Shown: positions 1-9,258, numbered from the stretch's first letter. The stretch: 32,000 nucleotides of DNA from Megasphaera elsdenii DSM 20460 (GCF_003010495.1 NZ_CP027570.1:660001-692000), one strand, 5' to 3'. The notes: generated by a model not told the origin, from the letters alone. A program made the numbers and translations.

Positions 1-2
1 CT

Positions 3-665
3 GTGGATATACACCTTCACTGCATCACAGATCCACTGACCCATAGTAATTGTTACATTCTCTCAGAAAAATCCCGCACACTTATCATTGATCCAAACTG
101 TTACCAAGAAATCCATTCCTATCTTACGACTCATCAACTTGTTCCCGAGTATATCATTTTGACGCATGAGCACTGCGATCACATCGCAGCGCTCAATGAT
201 ATGCGTAAGTATTATAGCTTAAAAGTACTTTGTAGTGCGGCATGCAGTCAAGGGATTCAAAGCACGACACTAAATATGACCCGTATCATGGAGACCTATT
301 TATACTTTAAGAGCCAAGGGGAGCTCCAGGTCTCCTATCCCCCTTTTACTTGCCAAGCTGCCGATATCATTTTTGACAATACTTACTTAGCTACTTGGCA
401 AAACCATACTATCTTTTGTATTACAGCACCCGGCCATACTCCAGGCAGCACCTGCATCATCATAGATGAAAAGATGTTATTTTCTGGCGACTACTTTATT
501 CCTGGCGAAGAAGTCATCACCCGTCTTCCTGGTGGAGACGAAGAAACTTATGAGCAACAAGGAAAAGCCACTTTGCGTTGTCTGCCAACACCGATATTAA
601 CTTATCCGGGCCATGGTGAACCATTTATATTGACACAGGAGGTGAAAAAAAAATATGGACTATAG
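3..665 (+). CDS. MBL-fold metallo-hydrolase (N-terminus at or just beyond the window edge)
   Basis: The ORF carries the HxHxDH zinc motif (LTHEHCDH), then PGHTPGS and a C-terminal PGHG, typical of the metallo-beta-lactamase fold. GTG at 3 may be the start, or the ORF may continue upstream. The stop overlaps the next gene by 11 nt. Confidence 0.75.
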   Translation: MDIHLHCITDPLTHSNCYILSEKSRTLIIDPNCYQEIHSYLTTHQLVPEYIILTHEHCDHIAALNDMRKYYSLKVLCSAACSQGIQSTTLNMTRIMETYLYFKSQGELQVSYPPFTCQAADIIFDNTYLATWQNHTIFCITAPGHTPGSTCIIIDEKMLFSGDYFIPGEEVITRLPGGDEETYEQQGKATLRCLPTPILTYPGHGEPFILTQEVKKKYGL

Positions 666-1722
666 TAATTGGTTGATGCAACCGCCTTACCATTGGACAC
701 AGGACGAAAAAGAAGCCCATTACGTGCCTCTCTTATTCGAATTGACTTCTCACCACTGTCATTGCTGTCAACCTTATGGTCAAGCGATACAAACGCTGTA
801 TGAGAAAAATAAAAGATATGACTCTTCCAACCAAATCCCAATGCTTCCTATTTCTTTATTTAAAACAGAAGAACTAAAAAGCATCCCTGATTCCGAAATT
901 TTTAAAGTAATCACTTCGTCGGGAACATCGGGAGTGGCATCTCATTTATACCTCGACGCCTTTAACGCACAAAATCAACAATTGGCCTTATATAACATCG
1001 TGAAAGACTTTATTGGCTCCTCGCGACTCCCCATGTTGATTGTCGATACGCCGGATATATTAAAAAATCGAGACGCCTTTAATGCCCGCGGGGCAGCGGT
1101 CTTGGGCTTTTCCATCTTTGCTAAACGAAAATATTACGCATTAAAACCAGATCTATCCGTTGATTTGGAAAGCATCCGCACATTCATTCAGACATATCGT
1201 AATCAACCGGTCTTAATCTTTGGCTTTACTTTTATGATTTGGCAGTATCTTTGTGAAGCGCTGGCAAACTATCCAGGTTTAATTGATTTATCCAATGCAA
1301 TTTTAATCCACGGCGGAGGCTGGAAAAAAATGCAGGACCGCGCGGTTTCACCTCACGAGTATAAGAAACGGCTATATGAACAGTTCCAGATCCATAAAGT
1401 CCACAATTATTATGGCATGGCTGAACAAACAGGATGTATTTATATGGAATGTGAACAAGGCCATCTTCATGCCAGCATATTCTCCGATATTATCATTCGC
1501 AATCCAGAAAACTTTTCAGTCTGTCCCGTAGGAGAAACGGGCATTGTCCAAGTATTGACTCCACTGGCCACGTCCTATCCGGGTCATTCTATCCTGACAG
1601 AAGATATGGGCACCCTGTTAGGAATCGATGACTGCCCTTGTGGCCGTTTAGGAAAATATTTCCGCATTGATGGCCGCATGGCAAAAGCCGAAATAAGGGG
1701 GTGTAGTGATGCGCACAACTAA
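655..1722 (+). CDS. LuxE-type acyl-protein synthetase
   Basis: Motifs shared with Vibrio LuxE as I remember it: IPMLPISLFK, TSSGTSG, HGGGWKK and ATSYPGHSILTEDMG. A near-C-terminal Cys (IRGCSDAH) sits where LuxE is acylated. AGGAGGTG lies upstream of ATG 655. Confidence 0.75.
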   Translation: MDYSNWLMQPPYHWTQDEKEAHYVPLLFELTSHHCHCCQPYGQAIQTLYEKNKRYDSSNQIPMLPISLFKTEELKSIPDSEIFKVITSSGTSGVASHLYLDAFNAQNQQLALYNIVKDFIGSSRLPMLIVDTPDILKNRDAFNARGAAVLGFSIFAKRKYYALKPDLSVDLESIRTFIQTYRNQPVLIFGFTFMIWQYLCEALANYPGLIDLSNAILIHGGGWKKMQDRAVSPHEYKKRLYEQFQIHKVHNYYGMAEQTGCIYMECEQGHLHASIFSDIIIRNPENFSVCPVGETGIVQVLTPLATSYPGHSILTEDMGTLLGIDDCPCGRLGKYFRIDGRMAKAEIRGCSDAHN

Positions 1723-2899
1723 AAGCTTCACGATACTTGCCGGTTCGATTCCAGAAAAAATTATGCCCCAACAACCTTTTTCTCCGCTAACCTTGCAGTT
1801 TTGCCAAGATTTCGCGCACCAATTACAACAACGGCCTATCGCCAAAGAAGAGCCTGACTGGGCCGCTTTCAGTTTTTGGCTGCGCCCGCGAAAATTAGAA
1901 AGTTATAGAAAACTACTCACTTTTCCTGAAAAAAGATTAGGCCGAGGATTGACCTTTCATATAGCGCCAGCGAATATGCCTACCATGTTTTTATATAGTT
2001 TATTCATTTCCTTATTAGCTGGAAATGCTAATATCGTCCGGTTATCCCCCCGGTTGCTTCCCAAGGTACAGCCCGTTTGCGAATTACTCAACACTATATT
2101 GAATACACAGACATATCGTTCTATTAAAAACATGAATGTTATACTAACGTATGGTCACGACCGGAAAATAACGGATTGCTTCTCCAAACAGTGCAACAGC
2201 CGCATCATCTGGGGCGGCGATAAGACAATTCTTGAAATCAGAAAGTCACCGCTATCTCCCATGGCCATCGATATTCCTTTCGCGGACCGTTATTCATTGG
2301 CAATCGTCGACAGCGAATATGTCGCTAATTGCTCAGAAGACGAATTAAAAAATGCAGTCCACCACTTTTATCTGGATACCTACGAAGCCGATCAAAATGC
2401 TTGTTCCTCACCGCGCCTGCTCTTTTGGCTCGAAAAAAAATATGGCTTCTTTGCAATAGCTCAAGATCGCTGGTGGCGGGCTGTTACGATTGAAATCCAA
2501 AAGTACGACTTGGCAGCTATAAAAGTAAGTCGAAAATATGCAGAAGCTTGGACGTTTGCCATGCACACCCCTGAAATCAGTGACTTTTCATATGCAAGCA
2601 ACCGGCTTTATGTATACACCCTTGATTCACTTCCCAAAGACATTACTCAACTAGCAGGTTCCTTTGGACAATTTTTTCAATATCCTATAAAAAATCTAAA
2701 AGACATCATTCCTTATATGACAGCTAAAGTGCAGACGATTACAACTTTACATGTAGATATACAGGCGTTTCGTGCTCAGTTAATCGAAGCGGGAATTACC
2801 GGTGTCGATCGAGTGGTTCCCTTTGGACAGGCTATGGATATGGATATAATCTGGGATGGCCGTAATTTATTGGACGCGTTGACCCGTATCATTCGTTAG
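1709..2899 (+). CDS. LuxC-type acyl-CoA/acyl-enzyme reductase
   Basis: LuxC-like FHIAPANMP, IIWGGDKT and DQNACSSP (active-site Cys context). ATG 1709 follows a GGGGG RBS; GTG 1706 is the alternative start. The gene overlaps the end of the luxE-like gene. Confidence 0.7.
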   Translation: MRTTKSFTILAGSIPEKIMPQQPFSPLTLQFCQDFAHQLQQRPIAKEEPDWAAFSFWLRPRKLESYRKLLTFPEKRLGRGLTFHIAPANMPTMFLYSLFISLLAGNANIVRLSPRLLPKVQPVCELLNTILNTQTYRSIKNMNVILTYGHDRKITDCFSKQCNSRIIWGGDKTILEIRKSPLSPMAIDIPFADRYSLAIVDSEYVANCSEDELKNAVHHFYLDTYEADQNACSSPRLLFWLEKKYGFFAIAQDRWWRAVTIEIQKYDLAAIKVSRKYAEAWTFAMHTPEISDFSYASNRLYVYTLDSLPKDITQLAGSFGQFFQYPIKNLKDIIPYMTAKVQTITTLHVDIQAFRAQLIEAGITGVDRVVPFGQAMDMDIIWDGRNLLDALTRIIR

Positions 2900-2910
2900 G
2901 AGGGATACTT

Positions 2911-4329
2911 ATGTTGAACTTTTTTGATGAAAATCCGGCATATGAAAATCACGTATTATTCACCAATGGGGCAGGCCACTCTTTAACCTACAAAGACTGG
3001 TATACCCATAGCAGAAACTTAGAGGAAAAGCTTTCATCCCCAACAAGACAGTTAGCAGCTATCATCTGTCATAATACCATAGGGTCTGCCTTATCTTATC
3101 TCTGTTGCTTGCAAAATCGAATCGTCCCCTTACTCATCGATCACGACATGGACATAGAATTGCGTCAACGCCTGCTGTCCATTTATAAGCCTAATTATAT
3201 ATTCAAGCCTGTAGACGATGAAGTCGAACCTCTTTATACATTAAATGGATATGGCGTATATCAAGCAAATGATATAGCTCATAATATTCATTCCGATTTG
3301 GCGTTACTTCTGACAACGTCTGGCAGTACAGGCAGTCCCAAATTGGTCCGTCAAAGTTATACAAATATTCAATCCAATGCAGCGTCTATCGCACAATATT
3401 TAAAAATTACGGCACAAGACCATCCTATTTCTTCCTTGCCCATGCATTACACGTTTGGCCTTTCTGTCATCAATAGTCATGTACTATGCGGAGCCTGTGA
3501 ATGTCTGACAGAAGCAACTGTATTCGATAAAGAATTTTGGAATATTTGTCAAAATGACGAAATCACCTCTATTGCCGGTGTCCCCTTCACTTATGAATGT
3601 CTAAAGCGCATCGGCTTCATGGCCATGGATTTACCGAAATTAACGCTGATGATTCAAGCCGGTGGCCATTTATCAACACGCCTGCAAAAAGAATACCTGG
3701 AATTTGCCCATAAGACAGAGAAACGCTTTATCGTCATGTATGGTCAAACAGAAGCCACTGCACGCATGTCTTATCTGCCCTTTGATATGGGACTGAAAAA
3801 AATAGGCAGTATCGGCATTGCCATTCCCGGCGGGACCTTCCATATTATGGAAGATGAAAAAACGGAAATCACCCAGCCACATGTTACGGGCGAACTTTGC
3901 TATGAAGGACCCAATGTTACATTAGGTTATGCCCATTGTGCTGAAGATTTGGCCTTAGGCGACATGCGTCATGGCCGATTATATACGGGTGATATGGCCT
4001 ATTTCGATGAAGATGGATACTACTATATTGCGGGACGCAAAAAGCGCTTCATCAAAGTAATGGGTAAGCGTGTGAATATGGATGAAATGGAAGAACTGCT
4101 AAAAAGTGCTTTTGATTTCAGTGATTTCGCCTGTGTGGGTCAAGATGATGATCTGCACGTATTTATGACCAATAATACCCATCAATCTGAAGTTGAAGAC
4201 TTCCTTATAGAAAAGACAGGTTTGCATCTCCGTTGTTTTACAATCCATCACATTAAACAAATTCCTAAAAACACTTCTGGCAAAACACAGTATCCTGAAT
4301 TAAAGGCCTTGGCCGAAAAACAGGGGTGA
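2911..4329 (+). CDS. AMP-binding (adenylate-forming) enzyme, stand-alone
   Basis: Adenylation core motifs LLLTTSGSTGSPKLV, YGQTEA, YTGDMAYFDEDGYYYIAGRKKRFIKVMGKRV and C-terminal PKNTSGK. An AGGAGGG RBS ends 8 nt before the ATG. Confidence 0.85.
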   Translation: MLNFFDENPAYENHVLFTNGAGHSLTYKDWYTHSRNLEEKLSSPTRQLAAIICHNTIGSALSYLCCLQNRIVPLLIDHDMDIELRQRLLSIYKPNYIFKPVDDEVEPLYTLNGYGVYQANDIAHNIHSDLALLLTTSGSTGSPKLVRQSYTNIQSNAASIAQYLKITAQDHPISSLPMHYTFGLSVINSHVLCGACECLTEATVFDKEFWNICQNDEITSIAGVPFTYECLKRIGFMAMDLPKLTLMIQAGGHLSTRLQKEYLEFAHKTEKRFIVMYGQTEATARMSYLPFDMGLKKIGSIGIAIPGGTFHIMEDEKTEITQPHVTGELCYEGPNVTLGYAHCAEDLALGDMRHGRLYTGDMAYFDEDGYYYIAGRKKRFIKVMGKRVNMDEMEELLKSAFDFSDFACVGQDDDLHVFMTNNTHQSEVEDFLIEKTGLHLRCFTIHHIKQIPKNTSGKTQYPELKALAEKQG

Positions 4330-4334
4330 TAAAA

Positions 4335-5612
4335 ATGGATGCAGGTATCACCATTTCACAAGAACAATTACAAAAACTTTCCATAAATCAAATTCAATCC
4401 TTGCATATTCTTTCTCTCTCAGCTGAATCCCTACGCGATTTATTGCAAAAAGAGTCTGAAGAGAATCCTTTTATGGATTATAGCCCTAGCACAAGCAATA
4501 ATATTTCCTCTGATGGCTCTACTTCGTTTTTAAACTTTATAGCTGCTCCTGAAGAAAGAAGTGTGAAGCAATTTATTTTAGAGCAAGTAAATCTATCTAA
4601 TTTCACGACTCCCCAGTGGGCTCTTTTCTCCTATTTAACCGATTATGTCGATACACGGGGCTATTTAACTATTACAGAAGAAGAACTCAAAAAAAAGATT
4701 CCTTTACCCGACGGCCTTTTTGCTTCTTGTTTACGAATACTCCAAAACTTAGATCCTGCCGGAATTGGAGCTACATCTTTGACAAACTGTTTAAAATTAC
4801 AACTGCAACGAAAAAAACAGCTTACCCCTTTATTAGAAAACTTAATTGAAAACCATTTAAATGAAATAGGTGCACAAGATATATCTCACATCTGTCAATC
4901 ATTAAAAACGCCCAAAAAACAAATTTTGGCCGCTATCCGACTGATTAAGCGCTTAAATCCAGCTCCTTTAGAAGGATTATTTGAAACAAATTCAACCTAT
5001 ATCGTCCCTGACGTAATTATTAGGTTCATGCCTACAGGACATGAAATCATTTTAAATGACGCTTGGGTTGCCTCTTACTCCATGAGCGATTATTATGTCC
5101 GCATGATGCATACAACAACAGATGAAAGCGTAAAAAAATATTTCAAGACAAAATACACCCGCTGTCGCTTGTTATTTTATAATATAGAACGCCGACGCCA
5201 AACACTGTACAATCTGACCGATGTGATTTGCCATCATCAGCAAGCCTACCTGCAAAATCATGGCCCTTTAGCTCCAATGACACTGGCAGATATTGCTAAG
5301 GAAATCGGAGTGCATCCTTCAACAATTAGTCGGTCTATAAAGAACAAATATTTACAAACGCCATACACGACACTTTCTTTTAAAAATTTATTCCAACGCC
5401 CTTTTCCCAAGACGGGAAAAGATATTTCTAAAGAAGCATTAAAAAAAGAATTGTGTTGCCTGATAAAATCAGAAGACACGAAGCATCCCTATAGTGATGC
5501 TCAACTGACAAACATCCTTTCAACCCAATTTGGTCGAAGTTTTTCCCGTCGTCTTATCCAGAAATATCGGATACAATTGCATATTCCCAACTCCTATGAA
5601 CGCTACGGATAA
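4335..5612 (+). CDS. rpoN: RNA polymerase sigma-54 factor (425 aa)
   Basis: Gln/Leu-rich region I ending in EENPFMD, HTH TLADIAKEIGVHPSTISRSIKNKY, and RpoN box SRRLIQKYRIQLHIP. ATG 4335 lies 5 nt after the upstream TGA, preceded by an AGGGGTG RBS. The tracked GTG 4326 is less likely. Confidence 0.85.
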   Translation: MDAGITISQEQLQKLSINQIQSLHILSLSAESLRDLLQKESEENPFMDYSPSTSNNISSDGSTSFLNFIAAPEERSVKQFILEQVNLSNFTTPQWALFSYLTDYVDTRGYLTITEEELKKKIPLPDGLFASCLRILQNLDPAGIGATSLTNCLKLQLQRKKQLTPLLENLIENHLNEIGAQDISHICQSLKTPKKQILAAIRLIKRLNPAPLEGLFETNSTYIVPDVIIRFMPTGHEIILNDAWVASYSMSDYYVRMMHTTTDESVKKYFKTKYTRCRLLFYNIERRRQTLYNLTDVICHHQQAYLQNHGPLAPMTLADIAKEIGVHPSTISRSIKNKYLQTPYTTLSFKNLFQRPFPKTGKDISKEALKKELCCLIKSEDTKHPYSDAQLTNILSTQFGRSFSRRLIQKYRIQLHIPNSYERYG

Positions 5613-5655
5613 AGCATGTGTTTTTTATATATTTAACATACACCTTGCGATATTC

Positions 5656-5684
5656 TTGTTTACATAATTAAAAATTGTTATAAT
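5656..5684 (+). promoter_or_regulatory. sigma-70-type promoter for the activator gene (TTGTTT-17 nt-TATAAT, TG-extended)
   Basis: -35 TTGTTT at 5656-5661, a 17-nt spacer ending in TGT, and -10 TATAAT at 5679-5684. Read directly from the sequence; no experimental support. Confidence 0.4.
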
Positions 5685-5720
5685 TTTTTACATATGCATA
5701 TATGTAATATTTATTTCGCA

Positions 5721-5738
5721 GAGGCCCGTCAGGGCCTC
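5721..5738 (+). promoter_or_regulatory. GC-rich leader hairpin GAGGCCC-GTCA-GGGCCTC
   Basis: Perfect 7-bp stem with a 4-nt loop, followed by ATTGCTTCTTTG. It lies between the predicted promoter and the RBS of the bEBP gene. Confidence 0.35.
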
Positions 5739-5771
5739 ATTGCTTCTTTGTCGTAAAGGAGGACCATCTTT

Positions 5772-7235
5772 ATGACGAATGTAACAAAAATTTTTTCGAC
5801 ACTGTCCGAGGCCAGCGAACGGCTCAATGCCATTATTGAACATTCTTTTGATGGCATTTTCATTACCGATGCAAAGGCCAATGTTATCCGTATCAATCAT
5901 GCCTACGAAGTCATTACCGGCTTAAAGAAAGAAGAAGTCCTCGGAAAAAACATGGCTGATCTCGTGCGCAATAAATTAATCTCAGAATCAGGCTCCCTGC
6001 AAGTTATTAAAACGAAACAACCAGTAACACTGCAACAATGCTTTCGTTCAGGAAAGGAAGCGTTAGTAACTAGTTCTCCTATTTTTGACGCCGACGGCAA
6101 TTTCATTATGATTGTCACCAATGTTCGGGATTTGACAGAAATTTATAATTTAAAAGCTGTCGTCCAAGAAAAAACGGCTGCCATGGATCGCCTAGCTATG
6201 GAACTGGAACATTTACAAACAACGTCAGAAGACAATCAGGAAATCATCGCTAAGGATGAAACAACCTTAGCAGCCATGCTGCTTGCCAACCGCGTAGCAT
6301 CCATGGACACGACGGTTATTCTACTAGGAGAAACGGGTGTCGGGAAAGAAGTGATGGCCCGATATATTTTCCAGCACAGCCATCGCGCAAAAAATAGTTT
6401 CATTAAAGTAAACTGTGGGGCTATCCCAGAAAATCTGATTGAAAGTGAACTCTTCGGGTATGAAGGTGGCGCTTTTACAGGCGCCAATAAAAACGGAAAA
6501 ATCGGTCTCTTTGAATTGGCTAATAAAGGCACCTTATTTCTCGATGAAATTGGGGAACTTCCCAAAGACATGCAAGTAAAATTGCTACGTGTTCTTCAAG
6601 AACAAGAAATCTTGCGCGTCGGTGGTACGAAGCCCGTAAAAATTGATGTCCGCATCATTGCCGCTACGAACCGAAATTTAGAAGAAATGGTAAAAGACGG
6701 TACTTTCCGTGAGGATTTATATTACAGGCTCACTGTCTTTCCCATTTCCATTCCGCCATTGCGGATGCGAAAAAAGGATATCATCCCCTTGGCGCTCTCT
6801 TTCCTGGAAAAGCTGAATCAAAAATATCAACTGAAAAAGTATTTTACCGACTTATCCATGCAGCTTCTCCACGAATACGACTGGCCTGGTAACATCCGCG
6901 AATTAAAGAACATCGTCGAAAGAGCAATTATTATAAGTCCTTCAGATGCAATAAAGCCGGAAGATCTCCATATACATTCTGCTAGTAAACCAATCGTAAT
7001 TATAAAAGAAAATGATTTTAGCGATAATACAAAAAATTCTTTACCGCCCTCCCCCGAATTTCCGATAAATTTAAAAAATACTCTCGAAAAAATAGAGTAT
7101 ACCTACATGGTCCAAGCCTATAAATTCTTTGGCAACGTGCGCGATGCTGCCAAAAATTTGGGACTCACACCTTCTACCTTTGTACGGAAACGCAAGCAAT
7201 ATCAGCAAAACAATACGGACCCTGAAAGGATGTGA
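5772..7235 (+). CDS. sigma-54-dependent transcriptional activator (PAS sensor, AAA+, Fis-type HTH)
   Basis: N-terminal PAS-like domain, Walker A GETGVGKE, sigma-54 contact loop [23 protein letters not shown], and C-terminal HTH ([17 protein letters not shown]). An AAAGGAGG RBS precedes ATG 5772. Confidence 0.9.
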   Translation: MTNVTKIFSTLSEASERLNAIIEHSFDGIFITDAKANVIRINHAYEVITGLKKEEVLGKNMADLVRNKLISESGSLQVIKTKQPVTLQQCFRSGKEALVTSSPIFDADGNFIMIVTNVRDLTEIYNLKAVVQEKTAAMDRLAMELEHLQTTSEDNQEIIAKDETTLAAMLLANRVASMDTTVILLGETGVGKEVMARYIFQHSHRAKNSFIKVNCGAIPENLIESELFGYEGGAFTGANKNGKIGLFELANKGTLFLDEIGELPKDMQVKLLRVLQEQEILRVGGTKPVKIDVRIIAATNRNLEEMVKDGTFREDLYYRLTVFPISIPPLRMRKKDIIPLALSFLEKLNQKYQLKKYFTDLSMQLLHEYDWPGNIRELKNIVERAIIISPSDAIKPEDLHIHSASKPIVIIKENDFSDNTKNSLPPSPEFPINLKNTLEKIEYTYMVQAYKFFGNVRDAAKNLGLTPSTFVRKRKQYQQNNTDPERM

Positions 7236-7240
7236 GCAAT

Positions 7241-8275
7241 ATGACAACTCTGGAAGAAATCCGTAAAAAAGCCCGTGCTAAAATGAAAGGTTGTTATGTC
7301 TGTCCTGATTGTGATGGTAATGCCTGTTCCGGGATGATTCCTGGTTATGGCGGTATGCGGACAGGCCAATCTTTTCGTAATAATCGATTGTCCTTCCAAA
7401 AATATGGTCTCCTATCTCATCTCTTATCGGCTAGCAAAAACCCAGATACGACGTGTTCTATTTTTGGAAAAACGTTATCCATGCCCATTCTTATCGCCCC
7501 AGTCAGCGGCTATGTCCATAATGGAAAAATAGAAGGAAATCCGGAAGAAAAAGAATATGAATATCTCTTTTCTATGACTGAAGGAGCTGCAAAAGCAGGA
7601 ACACTGGTATTTACCGGCGATAGTGGCCATGCTTATATGTATGAAGCTGGGATTGCCGCTTCAAAGAAATATCCAAAACACGTAATTCCGACAATAAAGC
7701 CGCGAAAAAATCAAAAAATCATTGAGAAAGCACGACTAGCTGAACAATCAGACGCATTCGCAGTGGCAAACGACGTTGATGCCGTAACCTCCGCGAATAT
7801 GCGATTTTTTGGCCAGCCCTTAGAAGTAGAGCGGCTAAAAAATCTAAAATACATTATTAGTTCCATTCATCTCCCTTTCATTGTAAAAGGCATTATGTCC
7901 CCTGATGAAGCCTTGCTTTGCCTAGAAGCAGGCGCCAAAGGAATTGTTATCAGCAATCACGGAGGCCGCATACTCGATGGTATGGCTAGTCCTTTATCTG
8001 TCCTGCCCGAAATTTCTGCCGTTGTAAAAAACAGATTAACAATTTTCATAGATGGCGGAATCCGACACGGTGAAGACGTCCTAAAAGCATTGGCCCTAGG
8101 AGCTGACGCAGTATTAATCGGTCGACCTGCTGCTATTGCAAATATAGGTGGATACGCAGAAGGCGTTACATTGCTCCTCGATACCTTAAAGCAAGAATTA
8201 CAAGATGCTATGACAATAACAGGCATTCCTGATTTGCAACACATATCGTCTAATATTTTACAAAAAATAAAATAA
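7241..8275 (+). CDS. FMN-dependent alpha-hydroxy-acid oxidase/dehydrogenase family protein
   Basis: TIM-barrel FMN_dh-like motifs (GIVISNHGGR, IFIDGGIRHGEDVLKALALGADAVLIGRP). The N-terminus has a CYVCPDCDGNAC patch. ATG 7241 with a GAAAGGA RBS is preferred over the tracked GTG 7232, which overlaps the bEBP stop. Confidence 0.75.
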   Translation: MTTLEEIRKKARAKMKGCYVCPDCDGNACSGMIPGYGGMRTGQSFRNNRLSFQKYGLLSHLLSASKNPDTTCSIFGKTLSMPILIAPVSGYVHNGKIEGNPEEKEYEYLFSMTEGAAKAGTLVFTGDSGHAYMYEAGIAASKKYPKHVIPTIKPRKNQKIIEKARLAEQSDAFAVANDVDAVTSANMRFFGQPLEVERLKNLKYIISSIHLPFIVKGIMSPDEALLCLEAGAKGIVISNHGGRILDGMASPLSVLPEISAVVKNRLTIFIDGGIRHGEDVLKALALGADAVLIGRPAAIANIGGYAEGVTLLLDTLKQELQDAMTITGIPDLQHISSNILQKIK

Positions 8276-8420
8276 CAATCCCAAGAAACTTTAAACACTA
8301 TCTCGACATATTGCCTCAAATATGCAAATCTACCCAATTTTGCTAAAATAAAGGCAATCAATAGTCTATACAATTTGACTTTTTGCCTTGTATGCCATTC
8401 CCCTTTTAGGAGGTTTTATC

Positions 8421-9224
8421 ATGGATTATTTAAGCAATATGTTTTCTTTGAAAGGTAATGTCGCCCTCATTACGGGCGGTTCTTACGGCATCGGTTTTGC
8501 CATTGCCAAAGCGTTAGCCCGTGCTGGCGCCGTGATTGCCTTCAACTGCCGCAGTCAGGAACATCTGGATCAGGCCATGAAGGATTATGAAAAAGAAGAC
8601 ATTGAAGCTCACGGCTATCTTTGCGATGTCACTGATGAGCTCCACGTGCAAAAATTGGTCAGTGAAATAGAAAAGACGTTGGGGACTATCGACATCCTCG
8701 TCAATAACGCCGGTATCATCAAACGTATCCCCATGTGTGACATGACGACGGAAGAATTCCGCCAGGTCGTCGATATCGACTTAGTCGGTTCGTTCATCGT
8801 ATCCAAGGCAGTCATTCCCGGTATGATAAAAAAAGGCCACGGCAAAATCATCAATATCTGCTCTATGATGAGCGAATTAGGACGTGAAACCGTGTCGGCT
8901 TACGCCGCAGCCAAAGGCGGTCTGAAAATGTTGACCCGTAATATCTGTTCCGAATTCGGCGGCGCCAATATCCAGTGCAATGGCATTGGCCCTGGCTACA
9001 TCGCAACGCCCCAAACGGCCCCGCTGCGTGAGAAACAGCCTGATGGCTCCCGCCATCCTTTCGACCAGTTCATCGTCTCTAAGACGCCAGCTGGCCGCTG
9101 GGGAACGACAGAAGACCTCGAAGGCCCGGCTGTTTTCTTAGCTTCCCATGCTTCGGACTTCGTAAACGGACACATTTTATACGTCGACGGCGGTATCCTA
9201 GCCTACATCGGAAAGCAACCGTAA
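8421..9224 (+). CDS. SDR-family oxidoreductase, gluconate 5-dehydrogenase-like
   Basis: MDYLSNMFSLKGNVALITGGSYGIGFAIA, NNAG and YAAAKGG (YxxxK). An AGGAGG RBS lies 7 nt before ATG 8421; the tracked start 8388 is an upstream TTG extension. Confidence 0.85.
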   Translation: MDYLSNMFSLKGNVALITGGSYGIGFAIAKALARAGAVIAFNCRSQEHLDQAMKDYEKEDIEAHGYLCDVTDELHVQKLVSEIEKTLGTIDILVNNAGIIKRIPMCDMTTEEFRQVVDIDLVGSFIVSKAVIPGMIKKGHGKIINICSMMSELGRETVSAYAAAKGGLKMLTRNICSEFGGANIQCNGIGPGYIATPQTAPLREKQPDGSRHPFDQFIVSKTPAGRWGTTEDLEGPAVFLASHASDFVNGHILYVDGGILAYIGKQP

Positions 9225-9229
9225 ATGCT

Positions 9230-9258
9230 TTGTGCAATCCGGCTGGTTTTGCTACAAT
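9230..9258 (+). promoter_or_regulatory. sigma-70-type promoter TTGTGC-17 nt-TACAAT
   Basis: Hexamers at 9230-9235 and 9253-9258, about 50 nt upstream of ATG 9308. Confidence 0.35.

Noticed and set aside
1240-1254. Sigma-54 promoter look-alikes: TGGCAGTATCTTTGT (1240-1254), TGGACATAGAATTGCG (3159-3174), TGGCAGATATTGCT (5284-5297)
   Set aside because: All are inside coding regions. The first lacks the -12 GC, the second lacks the -24 GGCA core, and the third has 3-nt instead of 5-nt spacing.
4616-4849. 77-aa ORF inside rpoN, and similar nested ORFs (602-841, 3673-3882, 5258-5479, 6236-6571, 7957-8373)
   Set aside because: They are nested in or antisense to well-supported genes, are Arg/Phe/Leu-rich, and have no translation signals.
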